Shown: positions 51,591-64,000 of the stretch, piece after piece
Numbering within the stretch: the stretch's first letter is position 1
How the letters are laid out: each line of letters starts with the position of its first letter
Source: Chiloscyllium plagiosum
Lineage: Eukaryota
DNA: 64,000 bases
NCBI RefSeq assembly: GCF_004010195.1
Contig: NC_057711.1
Span: 80,872,420 to 80,936,419 of the forward strand
Direction: 5' to 3'
Made by a program: the position numbers and the translations under genes
The notes under the pieces: generated by a model
What the model saw: only the letters and a program-made list of their open reading frames with translations
Told to the model about the DNA's origin: nothing
The model's database searches: none

Positions 51591-52119
51591 CCTCCCTTCA
51601 CCTGAGATCGGTTACTGCTACTTTAACTTCAAAAGGCTAAGCATTTCCTCTTGAGAAAAGCAGGAACACCTACCTTTGAAATGTCTCTGGTCTCTAGACT
51701 TGCCTTTGAAATAGTTCTCACCTGCTGTCAACAGGACTGGGAATGATCTTTTCCATATCTAATGTCTAAGTCTTCCTGAGAATCTTATACTTGTCAACAT
51801 GATCACCTCTCATTCTTGTGAACACAATGAATATAGGCCTGACCTCAAGCCATTGAGAGACTTTGCAAGAATGCATAGAGCTGAAGTTGAGGAGCCAGAG
51901 AGTGCACATAGACCTCCAAACAGCCGTCCAACTGTCCTTTTATGTGGCGGAGTCTCCACAAAGCTCATTGGACTTTTCTTCAATTTCAGAACATATCGAA
52001 CCACCTCAGGATCCTCAGCAAGTCATCCTCAATCCCAAGCCCCTGGCACAGAAAAAGACCAAGCCCTGAATAGCCATATACCTGAAACATTGAGACATGA
52101 AGGTGCATGCTATCAGCAT

Positions 52120-52277
52120 GTATCAATGGTTAGCACTGCTGCTGTACAGCACCAGGGACTCCAGTTTGATTCCAACCTTGTGCAACTCTCTGTGTGGAGT
52201 TTGCACATCCCCCCTGTGTCTATGTGGATTTTGTCCCACAGACCAAAGATGTACAGATTAGATGGATTTCCTATGCT
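52120..52277 (+). mobile_element. HE1-type SINE 5' half, truncated by a PLE
   Basis: tggttagcactgctgct...gtgtggagtttgcacat...cccacagaccaaagatgt. Confidence 0.75.
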
Positions 52278-52628
52278 AAAAAATGCCAATTCGTTCTGGA
52301 TGCAGGTTTGCTTGCTGAGCTGGAAGATATGGTTTCAGATGTTTCATCACCATACGAGGTAACATCATCAGTGAGCCTCTGCATGAAGCACTGGCAGTAT
52401 GGTTTGCTTTTTATTTATGTGTTTAGGTTTCCTTGGGTTGGTGACGCAGTTTCCTGTGGTGATGTCATTTCCTGTTGTGATGTCATTTCCAGTTCTTTTT
52501 CTCAGGGAGTGGTAAATGGGAGCCAAGTCAATGTGTTTGTTGATAGAGTTCCGGTTGGAATGCCATGCTTCGAGGAATTCTCGCACATGTCTCTGTTTGG
52601 CTTGTCCTAGGATAGATGTGTTGTCTCA
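52278..52628 (-). mobile_element. Penelope-type element 3' fragment (GIY-YIG tail and terminal repeat)
   Basis: ORF 52368-52586 REFLEAWHSNRNSINKHIDL is a typical Penelope GIY-YIG C-terminus. Confidence 0.85.
52335..52374 (-). ncRNA. Putative minimal hammerhead ribozyme with intact core
   Basis: Minus strand tca-CTGATGA-t-gttacc-tcgtat-ggtgat-GAAA-cATC-tga: 6-bp stem II, 3-bp stem I (tca/tga), NUH triplet AUC. Confidence 0.6.
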
Positions 52629-53005
52629 CAATTCTGGTGTCTTTCCTATTGGAGGATGGTGTGAAATCTGAAAAGGTTTGGAAGTGATTTACAAGAACGT
52701 TGCTAGGGTTAGGGATTTGAGCTATAAGGAGAGCTTGAATAGGCTGGGGCTGTTTTCCCTGGAGCACTGGAGGCTGAGGGGTGACCTTATAGAGGTTTAT
52801 AAAATCATGAAGGGCATGGATAGGGTAAATAGATGAGATTGTTTCCCTCGGTTGGGGAAGTCCAGAATGAGAGGTCGTAGGTTTAGGGTGAGAGTGGAAA
52901 GATGTAAAAGAGACCTAAAGAGCAACTGTTTCACACAGAGGGTGGTGCATGTATGGAATGAGCTGCCAGAGGAACTGGTGGAGCCTGGTACAATTGCAAC
53001 ATTTA
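52629..53005 (+). mobile_element. HER1-like CR1 ORF2 C-terminal fragment
   Basis: RLGLFSLE..RLRGDLIEVYKIM...VWNELPEE. Confidence 0.85.
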
Positions 53006-54232
53006 GAGTCATAGAGTCATAGAGATGTACAGCATGGAAACAGACCCCTCGGTCCAACCCGTCCATGCCATCCAGATATCCCAACCCAATCTAGTCCCAC
53101 CTGCCAGCACCCGGCCCATATCCCTCCAAACCTTTGCTATTCATATACTAATCCAAATGTCTCTTAAACGTTGCAATTGTACCAGTCTCCACCACATCCT
53201 CTGGCAGCTCATTCCATACACGTACCACCCTCTGCGCGAAAAAGTTGCCCCTTAGGTCTCTTTTATATCTTTCCCCTCTCACCCTAAACCTATGCCCTCT
53301 AGTTCTGGACTTCCCAACCACAGGGAAAAGACTTTGTCTATTTNNNNNNNNNNNNNNNNNNNNNNNNNNNNNNNNNNNNNNNNNNNNNNNNNNNNNNNNN
53401 NNNNNNNNNNNNNNNNNNNNNNNNNNNNNNNNNNNNNNNNNNNNNNNNNNNNNNNNNNNNNNNNNNNNNNNNNNNNNNNNNNNNNNNNNNNNNNNNNNNN
53501 NNNNNNNNNNNNNNNNNNNNNNNNNNNNNNNNNNNNNNNNNNNNNNNNNNNNNNNNNNNNNNNNNNNNNNNNNNNNNNNNNNNNNNNNNNNNNNNNNNNN
53601 NNNNNNNNNNNNNNNNNNNNNNNNNNNNNNNNNNNNNNNNNNNNNNNNNNNNNNNNNNNNNNNNNNNNNNNNNNNNNNNNNNNNNNNNNNNNNNNNNNNN
53701 NNNNNNNNNNNNNNNNNNNNNNNNNNNNNNNNNNNNNNNNNNNNNNNNNNNNNNNNNNNNNNNNNNNNNNNNNNNNNNNNNNNNNNNNNNNNNNNNNNNN
53801 NNNNNNNNNNNNNNNNNNNNNNNNNNNNNNNNNNNNNNNNNNNNNNNNNNNNNNNNNNNNNNNNNNNNNNNNNNNNNNNNNNNNNNNNNNNNNNNNNNNN
53901 NNNNNNNNNNNNNNNNNNNNNNNNNNNNNNNNNNNNNNNNNNNNNNNNNNNNNNNNNNNNNNNNNNNNNNNNNNNNNNNNNNNNNNNNNNNNNNNNNNNN
54001 NNNNNNNNNNNNNNNNNNNNNNNNNNNNNNNNNNNNNNNNNNNNNNNNNNNAAAAACTCAATCAAGTTTGTGAGACATCATTTCCCACACACAAAGCCAT
54101 GTTGACTATCCCAAGTCAGTCCTTGCCTTTCCAAATACATGTACATCCTGTCCCTCAGGATTCCCTCCAACAACTTGCCCACCACTGAGGTCAGGCTCAC
54201 TGGTGTATAGTTCCCTGGCTTGTCTTTACCAC
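53004..54232 (-). mobile_element. HER1-like CR1 spanning an assembly gap
   Basis: (ctatgact) tail at about 53004. Nearly identical to the 40230 copy. RT-region sequence follows the gap. Confidence 0.85.
53344..54051. other. Assembly gap (708 N)
   Basis: N run. Confidence 1.
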
Positions 54233-54819
54233 TGATTCATGGGCCTAGTAAGGTCCTTTAGGTCCTTAAAGTTATTTCAGAGCTTCCTCCTGTCCACATA
54301 GTATTTCATCAACATTAGGTGGAAGGTGGACAGTAGTTTTAGCTGTTATGGGCTAGCGTCAGATAAAAAATGTTGACCTTTTTTGCAGGTCCCCTGGGCC
54401 TAGTGGAGATAGCCCAAGCTCACTCCCTTTATCCTTCTTGGCCTCCTGAGCTACTCCCACTTCTTCTGTCGTCAACAAGCTCCTTACTGAAACCTCCTAC
54501 CTTCACTACCCAACTTAAAATCACCTTATGTGCATTAATGTCAAATTTAATTGAGAGAGCGCCTGTGAAGCATTTTGGAATGTGAAGAATGGTCCATAAA
54601 CATAAGTTATCGTTGTTATAATGCACAATGCCAGTTTACAGAATGAAGCTCCATCTATCTTGAACAAAACAGTTCCCTCCTATAAGGATCTGACATTTTA
54701 GCATTTCTGACATTATCCACCTATATCAGTTTGCACTAATTTAAGAGATGTTTCAGTCAACATTTTCAACCAATTTTAGGTTAGGTGGTTACAGTCAACA
54801 GAGTGAGGCAAGTTTCATC

Positions 54820-55900
54820 ACTTTAAATGATTTGGATGTGAATATAAGAGGCATGGTTAGAAGATTACCTCAGAGTACAACAGGACCTTAATCAGATGGG
54901 CCTATCGGTTGAGGAATGGCAGATGGAGTTTAATTTGGATAGATGTGATGTACTACATTTTGATAGGGCAAATTCAGCACATGACATATACACTTAATGG
55001 TAAAGTTCTGGGGAGTGTTGCCGAACAGAGACCTCACAATACAGGTTCATTGTTCAGATTAGATTAGATGATTAGTGTGGAAACAGGCCCTTCAGCCCAA
55101 CCAGTCCACACCAACCCTCCGAACAGTAACCCACCCAGACCCATTTCTCTCTGACAAATACACCCAACACTATGGGCAATTTAGCATGGCCAATTCACCT
55201 GACCTGCACATCTTTGGACTGTGGAGGAAACTGGAGCACCCGGAGGAAACCCTTCCTTGAAAGTGAAGTCGCAGGTAGATAAATTGGAAAGAAGGCATTT
55301 GTATGCTTGCCTTTATTGGTTAGTTCATTGAATATAGAATTGGGAGGTCATGTTGCGGCTGCACAGAACATTGGTTAGGCCACTATTGGAATACTGTGTG
55401 CTATTCTGGTCTCCCTGCTGTAGGAAAGATGTTGTTAAACTTGAAATGGTTCAGCAAACATTTACAAGCATGTTGCCAAGGTTGGAGGGTTTGAGCTATA
55501 GGGAGCGGCTGGGGTTATCTTCTCTAGAACATCAGAGGCTGAGGGGTGACTTCATAGAAATTTATAAAATTCTGAGGGAATCAGGATAGCTGAGTCTAAA
55601 ACTAGAAGGCATAGGTTTAAGGTGAGAGGGGAAAGATTTAAAAGGCGCCTAAGGGGCAACATTTTTACACAGAGGGTGGTGTGTGTAGGGATTGAGTTGC
55701 CAGAGGAAGTGGTGGAGGCTGGTACAATTTCAACATTTAAGAGGCATCTGCATGGCTTTATGAATAAGAATGGTTAAGGGGGATATGGGCCAATTTATGG
55801 CAAATGGGACTAGATTAATTTAGGATATCTGGTTGACATGGATGGGTTAGACTGAAAGGTCTACTTCCATGCTGTAGATCTCTATGACTCTATCACTCTA
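54820..55900 (+). mobile_element. HER1-like CR1 3' ~0.9 kb, interrupted by an HE1 SINE
   Basis: ORF 55350-55589 RTLVRPLLEYCVLFWSP. Tail ctatgactctatcactcta. Confidence 0.9.
55056..55252 (-). mobile_element. 5'-truncated HE1-type SINE
   Basis: Reverse complement of the V domain (ggaaactggagcacccggaggaaaccc) and CR1-like tail. Confidence 0.8.
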
Positions 55901-57694
55901 ATTCAAACTCAGATGCCGTAAATCGAAGGTAATGTCTGATCGATTGTACCAGCCAGTCACAATAATAATATGTATTAAAGTAGAGCATAGGTATTCAGAC
56001 TTAAGCCAATTCTTTGACTTCAACTCCCAGCAGCTAAAGTAAACTTCAGCAAAGTCATACATGTAAGTCCTGAAGCAAATTATTTTAATTTGATGCAGAG
56101 ATACTAAAGTAATTATCTTTTAAAATAATAATTCATGAGTAATGCAGTCCTAAAGGAATTTAGATCAGCTCCAGCTCCATTATAGCACTCCAGTTATTAC
56201 AAATATAAAATTGCCTTTTTAATTTAAAGTAGTTGGTGATTATATTTGTCACAGTAGGTAAAAATGGGCTATTGATTTTCAAATTCTGTCATCTGATTTT
56301 AATACAGGAGACTCTGATGAATAAAAATGATTTCAAAAAGGAATCAACAACTAATTCAATGGCCACATCAGTCAGCTGACCACACAGATTAGCCAAGCTT
56401 TATGGAACCAACTTTGAGCAAACAAGGTCATCTGAACTGAAATTAACATCATCAACTGAAATCTAGTCAGGCCTGAAGAAGTCCTGTCTCCTATTTTTAT
56501 TTACAGCTGTAAGAGAAGCTCCATATTTGAAGATGAAAGACATCGCCTACATTTATCAAGCGTGAAAACAAGCAAATCGGACAAACCAGACAAACACACA
56601 AAACAGCTATTTTTCAGAGAGCTGCTTTTCGAAGAGCAGGAAAGATTTGTGAGTGGAACAAACTGAAGAAAGCTTCCTTTCTCAATCTCTCTCGAAGGAC
56701 AAATCAGTCAGTGACACCATAAACCAGAAAAGAGCATCAAAACACCAAGAACTCAAAGGACAACTGAAATATTTGTTGCTGCTGAGGATACAAGACATCA
56801 ATTAAACAACTGTGGACTCAGGTTAAAGTATTTGCACCTCAAGGGCACCTTATTGTCTTTAAACTCCTTTCATCTTCTTTTTGAAGTGGACACTATGGAT
56901 TTTCAACTTTGTTTATGTAAACATATATGTTTGACTTTGTGTCTTTAATAATTTTTGGGGGTTAGCAAATTTTAAGATTGCTCACTATTTCACTCAAGGA
57001 GACATTGTAATACACTTCTTTTAGTTTCTGCTGAACTAGTTAATTGAGCAAGTTATAGCCTGTGTAAAAAGAACAATAAATTTTTCTCGCAGCCAACTCA
57101 GGAGATGGGAAAGAGGGGAGCAAATTAATGTTTCCTCTTTTTGTTGCAGCATTAAATTATTGCTTTCTGTCTTTCAACCTATACCTTTTCCTGTTATGAA
57201 TTTCCTCTCCTTCTCATCAGAGAGTCCTTACAGTTTGGGAAAGTGCCATTTAATGGGTAGATTCATCTTCTGCTGTTTCACCCAACAAGCTATGACAGTG
57301 AATGCTTACCAGATGCTCCGGCACATGAAGCATCACAGACAAGACTGATCTTGATTATAGACACAATGACAGCAAAGGTTACCAGAGGCTGGAACTCAGA
57401 CCAATGTTTTACTCACAATCCTCTGGGCATTAATGCTAATTTTAGGGTTCTGACTGCTACCCTGACTGAAATAATTCAAATTTGACAAAGGAACAAATAA
57501 TCTTCCTAGCTCAGCTGCTCATAGAGTCATCACCTGGACCTGGCTGTCCTTCATTGATCTAATTGAGCATTGGAAATAGAATATTATACTTGCAGAAATC
57601 CCTCCAAAAATAATTCTAATTTCAATTCCCCTAATATTGATACAAATACTTGTTCACTAGTACAAGCTTTGATAGTGCTGAAAAAAGGCCCACT

Positions 57695-59140
57695 GTAGAG
57701 TCAGAGATCTACAGAACAGAAAAAGGCCATTCAGCCCATCACATCCACTCCTATTGAAAGCAAACACCTAACTATCCCAAGCTCCATCTCCAGCACCTGG
57801 TCCATAGTCCTGATTACCTTGACATCATAAGTGCACATTTAAATACTTCTTCAATGTTGTGACAGTTTCTGCCTCTACCACCCTCACAGGCAGTGAGTTC
57901 CAGATTCAAAACCGAACATTGTCCTCTAAACCTTCTCCCCTTCCCTTAAATCTATCCCCCCGCTCATTAATCCCTCCTAAGGGGAAATGTTCCTTCCTAT
58001 CTGCCCTAAATATTCCCTCATAATTTTATAGATCACAATCATGTCTCCCTCTCAAACTTCCCTGCTACAATGAAAACAAACCCAGTCTGACCAATCTCTC
58101 TCCTGACTGAAACTGTCCTGTCCAGACACCACGCTGATTAATCTCCTCTGCAGCCTTTCCAATGCATTCATATCCCTCTTATAATGTGCACTGCACACAA
58201 TACCTTGGCTGTGGCCAGCTAACATCTTATACAATGCCAGCACACCCACTCTGCTCTTAAACCCTATGCTTCAACCAGTAAAGGCAAGTATATCATATGC
58301 TTTCTTAACCTTAATAAACCTGTGTACATGCACAACAAGATCCTTCTGATTCTCAGGGCTCCCCCAAGATCCTACCATTCATCATGTATTCTCTTGCCTT
58401 GTTTGCCCTGTTCAAGTGCATCAGCTCACATTTATCTGGATTGAATTCCATTTGCCACTGATCAGCCCATCTGACCAGGTTGTCTATATCCTCCAGTAGT
58501 CTAAGAGAATCCTCCTCATACTTACCACCCCTTCAATTTTTGTATCATTTCAAGCTTACAGATCAACACTCCAACATTCAAGTCTAAATAATTTATGTAA
58601 ATCATAAACATCAGAGCCTCAACACTGATCCCTGTGGAACCTCACTGGATATAGACCTACAGTCAAAAAAACACCCCTCGTCCATCATGCACTGCTTCCT
58701 GCCACTCAGCCAATTGTGGGTCCAATTTGCCAAAATTTCCTTTGCTATCAGTCTCCCATGTAGGGCCTTATCAAAGGTTTTACTGAAGTACACATAGATC
58801 ACATCAAATGCATTGCCCTCATCTACACACCTGGTATCTTCTTAGAAAGATTCAATCAAATTAGTCAGACCTGACCACCCTTAACAAAACCATGCTGACT
58901 GTTCTTGATTAATCCCTGCCTCTCCAAATGCAGAATAATTCTAACCTTCAAAATTGCTTCCAATGGTTTCCCCAGCCCTGAGGTTAGACTGGCTGGCCTG
59001 CAATTTCCCCGTTTATCCCTTTCTCCCTGCTTGAATAATAATACAACCTTAGTTGTCCTCCACTACTATAGCACCTCTTCTGTGGCAAGAGATGAATTGA
59101 AACCTTTTGCAAGCGCTCCTACTATTTCCTCCCCAGCCAC
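57695..59140 (-). mobile_element. Old CR1 LINE (RT to 3' end)
   Basis: ORF 58611-58802 YVYFSKTFDK..HGRL...VPQGSVL and ORF 58052-58249. Confidence 0.85.
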
Positions 59141-59294
59141 ATAACTTTGTCAAAGGTTTTCATCTTGCATTCAGGACATTCACAACAAATAACAAAGTAA
59201 AAGTAAAACAACATTTCTACTATTTGACAAGAGAATGCTGATTGGTTGGGACGCAGGGTCTAAATGGTTGAGGCAATGTCATGAAAAATAGAAT

Positions 59295-60025
59295 CTCACA
59301 CACATGCACCCTCTCTCACATATACTCTCTCTCACACACCATGCACGCACAGTTGCACACACACTCACACATAAACTTCCTTTCTCTCACATGCACACTC
59401 ACTCTCACATTAACCTCTTTCTATCATACACAGACTCTCGCATGCAGACCCTCACACATAAACACCCTGTCTCTCACATATAAACACTTTCTCTCACACA
59501 CATACACAATTCCTCGCACATAAACACCTTTTCTCATACGCACACTCTCTCTCGAACACACACACACACTCTCCCATGGATATTCACATAGTCTTTTTCT
59601 GTCTCTCTCTTTGGCACACACACTCTCTCACNNNNNNNNNNNNNNNNNNNNNNNNNNNNNNNNNNNNNNNNNNNNNNNNNNNNNNNNNNNNNNNNNNNNN
59701 NNNNNNNNNNNNNNNNNNNNNNNNNNNNNNNNNNNNNNNNNNNNNNNNNNNNNNNNNNNNNNNNNNNNNNNNNNNNNNNNNNNNNNNNNNNNNNNNNNNN
59801 NNNNNNNNNNNNNNNNNNNNNNNTCTCACATGCACACTCTCACCCACACACACTGTCTCTCACATGCACACACACTCTCTCACATGCACACTCTCTTACA
59901 CACACTCTCTGATGCACACTCTTTCACACACACATAACCTCTCTCTGACACACACTCTCTCTCTGATGCACACTCTTTCACACACACATACCCTCTCTCT
60001 GACACACACACTCTCTCTGGCACAC
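59295..60025. repeat. Long degenerate (CA/CT)n simple-repeat tract containing a 192-N gap (59632-59823)
   Basis: Read directly. Confidence 0.95.
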
Positions 60026-60411
60026 ATATTCAGGCTGGTGACTAAGCCCCAAACCATCAGAGAACACATGCCAACACCATGTGAGGCAGGCTGACCAAGC
60101 AGTCAGCAACCATCTTCAAGTTGCCAAGTTGGAACAAAGATGAAGTGTTAGGAAAAGAAAAACTAAACAAAACAGGTCATTCTGGGTGATTGGGTGAAAG
60201 CTTTTTATACAGCTTGACACAAATATAGCATTTCATATCGCAGTTCTGTCCTCTCTTTCAATCTGTAAAGGCTGCTGACTACAGGTATTTATATTTTCCT
60301 TGTAGATCACCTTGAGGTTGCGCTCATGTTTAGTAGGTAGAGCGCTGCAAAGAGTATGGACTGGTCATTCTCTGTTGCGCTCTGCAAAGCTGAAACCAAA
60401 GTTTGATAGTC

Positions 60412-60482
60412 AAGAGTCATAGATATGTACAGCATGGAAACAGACCCTTTTGTCCAACTTGTCCATGCCGACCAGATATCCT
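60412..60482 (-). mobile_element. ~70-bp HER1-like CR1 3' terminus
   Basis: gagtcatagatatgtacagcatggaaacagaccc...gaccagatatcc. Confidence 0.85.
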
Positions 60483-61461
60483 AGGTTTTGAAGTGAGATG
60501 GCAGAGAGAAAGTTCAATGCCTTCAAGCTACAGCACCATAGGCATAGTGCTGCCTCCCAAACCAGCCAGCTGCAGATCTGCCTGCAGTATCCAGCACACG
60601 TAGGTGACAGCATCCCTTGTCATGCAAAAGTATCTGTGACACTACACTGCAATCATCTTACAGGCAGCTGTAATACCTTGCGAATACACTCTCTCGGCAC
60701 ACTGCCTGAGAACACTGAAAAACCTGATTCTCCTCTTGGTTGTCAACAGCTGCAGTCCCTGAGCCTTGTGTCTGTTGGGGCTGGGAATTACTACTTTCAG
60801 TCCTCCTCCTCCTTTCTAACCTCGGTAATGCCAGTACAGTCACAAGTTGTTCAAACAAGTACTGATCTGTGAAGAAGTATCAAAGAATGAGACGTTTGTT
60901 TTGTGTCAGAGATCTTGACATAGGGACTATATTAGGCTGTTCATGTATTTGAAACTTGCTGACCCTTCAACATGGTGACTGGTTTTCCTCTTCCACATTC
61001 TGTCTGGGATCTTTGTAGTCTTGATCTTGAAGGATCTTCATTTTTAACCAAGGTTTTCAGTAGAGAATCTCCCAGTTTCAGGAAGAGAGACTCTTTTTAA
61101 AGCACAGACTATTGGTCCCAAGACCAGAAAGAGCAAATCCTTTCAGATACTAAATTAAAACTCACGCCACTGAACAGAGGCATCGATCATCCAATCGTCA
61201 GCTCCAAATTGGCTCAGGAGACAATGACATCCACAAGACAACAGAATCCATTAGAAGGCAGTCCACACACCATGTATTATTCACGATCAGAAATTCCCAT
61301 TGTTCTGTAATGCCAGCTAGATGAGGGGTGGGAAAACAATATTCATTCAAACAAACCTTTCTGTCCAGGACACCAGTTGAGGCAACTATTGTTTGTTTTC
61401 ACCATTTGAGTAGACCGGTCAGAAAATGGCATAACTGGGACAGCCTCAGAAAAGAGGGGTC

Positions 61462-62078
61462 AAAAGTGAGGACTGCAGATACTGGAGATTGGAATCGAGA
61501 GTGTGGTGCTGGAAAAGCACAGTAGGTCAGAGAGCATCTGAGGAGCAGGAGAATTGACGTTTTGGGCAAAAGCCCTTCATCAAGAATGAGGTTGTGAGCT
61601 GAGGTGTGGTGAGATAAGTGGGAGGGTGATGGGACTGGGGGTAAGATAGCTGAGAGTGCGATAGGTAGATGGAGGTGGGGCTAATGGTGATGGTTGGAGG
61701 GGAGGGTGGGGCTGATAGGTAGGAAGGAAGATGGACAGGTAGGACAGGTTATGAGGGTGGTGCCTAATTGGAAGGTTGGTTCTCGGATGTGGGGGGAGGG
61801 GAAAAGAGGAAACTGATGAAATCCACATTGATGTCATGAGATTGTAGGGGTCCTGAGGCGGAAGATGAGGTGTTCTTCCTCTAGGCGTGAGTGGTTAGGG
61901 TATGGCAATGGAGGAGGCCCCAGGACATGCATGTGCTTAGCGGAGTGGGAGGGGGAGTTGAAGTGTTCAGCCACAGGGCGGTTGGGTTGGTTGGTGCAGG
62001 TATCCTGGAGATGTTCTCTGAAGCGCTCTGTGAGTTGGCGTCCTGTCTCCCCAGTGTAGAGGAGACGGCATCGGGAGC
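61462..62078 (-). mobile_element. Penelope-like element 3' fragment (GIY-YIG C-terminus, C/T-rich tract, hammerhead-bearing terminal repeat)
   Basis: Minus strand VAEHFNSPSHSAKHMHVLG...RLEEEHLIFRL...INVDF. The terminal repeat belongs to the same family as the 11.5k, 34.6k and 42.1k units. ttgatgaagggcttttgcccaaaacgtc at 61556-61583. Confidence 0.85.
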
Positions 62079-62825
62079 AAAAGAGCGGGTTGAACAGTGA
62101 GTAAAGAAAGAAAGAAACACAAGATACTCAGCTCTACAAGATGGGTTCATCCGAGAAGTCTCTCTGTCTCTCTCTCCTCTCTCTCTCTCTCTTTCACTCT
62201 CTCTCTCGCACACAACAACCAGGACAGAAGGAAGTTCTCTAAGCAGTTACTGCCTGAGGACTTTGACTAGAAAAAACACAACAGGGTGAACATTTCACCT
62301 GTAGCCTGCAGAAAACTGAACCCAAAGCCATGTGGAGAGATGCCCCATACCTCCAAATCTAAACCTTCCATAACTTTGGGAGTTTAATAACCGTCAGTAA
62401 GGGAAGCCAGAGGGCCTTAGTCTAATGAAGACCAAAGGGAAGTAATCTGTTTTGTTATTATTATACAAGAACACTTAGACTAGATTGTCCCATACTGAGA
62501 TTCACTATAAGAATTAAACATACTCTTATTATTCAAAACCTGAAAATTTATCGATTGCATCATTCATTATCCTTCAGTGTGATTTATAAAAGTCAGCCCA
62601 GATCTCTGATTTTAAATCAGTGAGTTCAGTTGTGACCAGCAAGGCCAACTAACTCTCACGTGTGCGGAACTATGGGGATTAGCTCAACCTAACTCTCAGC
62701 AGCTTTCATTATTCTGCTGTGATATTGCTTTAAAATCTTGGAACTCACAGCCTCCATAACAGTTTCATCCCATGTCCAGGACCTTCAGAAACATGGGCCT
62801 ATGAATATTCCTGTATGGCTAGTAA

Positions 62826-63150
62826 CACTACAGAAAGCATCCTATATGGATGCATCACAGCATGGTCTGGCAACCTCTCTTCCAAGACTATAAGAAGCTA
62901 CAAAGAATCATGAATACAGCCCAGTCCATCAAGCAAACCAGCCTTCCATCCATTGACTGTACTCCCCGCTGCCTCAGGAAAGCAACCAACATAAACAGAA
63001 ACCCCTCCCACCCTGGTTATACTTTCTTCCATCGGGCAGAAGATATAAAAGTTTGAATATACGTACGAACAGATTCAACAATATCTTCTTCCTTGTTGTG
63101 ATCAGACTTTTGAACAGACATCTCAAATATTAATGTTCATCTCTCTCTCC
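62826..63150 (+). mobile_element. Rex1/Babar LINE 3' fragment
   Basis: ESILYGCITAW.GN...KKLQRIMNTAQSI...HP...SGRRYKSL.IRTNRF.N.FF..VIRLLN. Confidence 0.8.
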
Positions 63151-63669
63151 TTGCACCAATGTAGGTGACTCCTAGATGTGCTCCTTCTTGGAGTGAAATG
63201 AATCACATTACATTATTGGGATGTTGGTGTTAGGAGCTGATAGAGCTTATACACCTTTATTCTAAGGTGGTTGCTTCCCTTTGGTCCCAAGGTCTTAGCA
63301 GAGTGTTCACACAATCTTATTTTTCAGTTTATGTTTCAATTCACTCTGTTAGGTGTGTTGCGCTGAGCAGGAACATGTGTAAAAATATCTCAAGTCTCTT
63401 CTATTCATGCCATGAATTCACTGTGCCGTCTTCTTTTGTGAGCTGATTTAGGAGAAAGATGGTGGCTGAAAATTTTTCACTTGATCAATTCAATATCCAT
63501 CCTTTCCCTCTCTACTATACTTTTCTGCATCACTTAGATGGCCTTGTCCTCATCTCCATACATATTCCTGCTTCTCCCACTGCCCTCCCCAGTCCCATGC
63601 TCAGCCAAGTACCCCATGCCATACCTTAGCCTTATGTTGCACGTATTCAGTTCTTCTACTCTTTCAAAA

Positions 63670-63954
63670 GGGCAGCATGATGGCTCAGGGGCTACCACTG
63701 CTGCCTCACAGCGCCAGCTACCCAGTTTCGATTCCAGCCTCGGACGACTGCCTGTGTGGAGTTGTACGTCCTCCCTGTGTCTACATGGGGTTCCTCTGGA
63801 TGTTCCAGTTTCCTCCCACAGTCTCAGGATGTGGAGGTTAAGTGGATTAGCCATGGGAAATGCAAGATGATTGGGTGGGGTGCTCTTTTGTGGGTCAGTG
63901 TGGACTTGATGAGCTGAATGACCTGCTTCCATGCTGTAGGGAATTCTATGATTC
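63670..63954 (+). mobile_element. HE1-type V-SINE
   Basis: gggcagcatgatggctcag...cactgctgcctcacagcgccag...gtttcgattcc...tgtagggaattctatg. Confidence 0.85.
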
Positions 63955-64000
63955 CCTCTTCCCAGTGTTCCCAATGACAATAATGTAATGTTGGCTCTTA

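Noticed and set aside
53148..54188. The longest ORFs in the track (260-305 aa)
   Set aside because: Artefacts of translating through the N gap; the flanks are CR1.
56080..57150. Solo-LTR-like unique segment (similarly 60868-62660 around the PLE)
   Set aside because: LTR-like texture and a late AATAAA/ATTAAA, but I could not define TG..CA ends with a matching TSD.
59140..59185. Further hammerhead-like remnant on the minus strand (cctgaatgcaagatgaaaacc)
   Set aside because: The core is partly deleted; too degenerate to call.

Overview
This is eukaryotic (vertebrate) genomic DNA. The repeat complement (HER1-type CR1 LINEs, HE1/V-SINEs, Deu-domain SINE) points to a cartilaginous fish, probably a shark (inference). 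I can support no host protein-coding exon. Bases 1-6700 lack recognisable TEs and contain a CpG-rich promoter (about 5200-5650) with five CCAAT boxes and three PBX/PREP-type decamers. It probably drives an unidentified gene leftward. The remaining ~57 kb is a nested retroelement graveyard: many CR1 fragments, SINEs, Rex1/Babar, L2-like and Harbinger remnants, and two assembly gaps. Two highlights: (1) several Penelope-derived families, including tiny TSD-flanked palindromic units, carry minimal hammerhead-ribozyme motifs whose stem II differs in sequence but stays base-paired; (2) an end-to-end L1 element with a perfect 15-bp TSD at a TTTT/AA site has lost its entire reverse-transcriptase domain. 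Family names come from recognition of translated motifs and remembered consensus sequences, not database searches. Boundaries of old elements are approximate.
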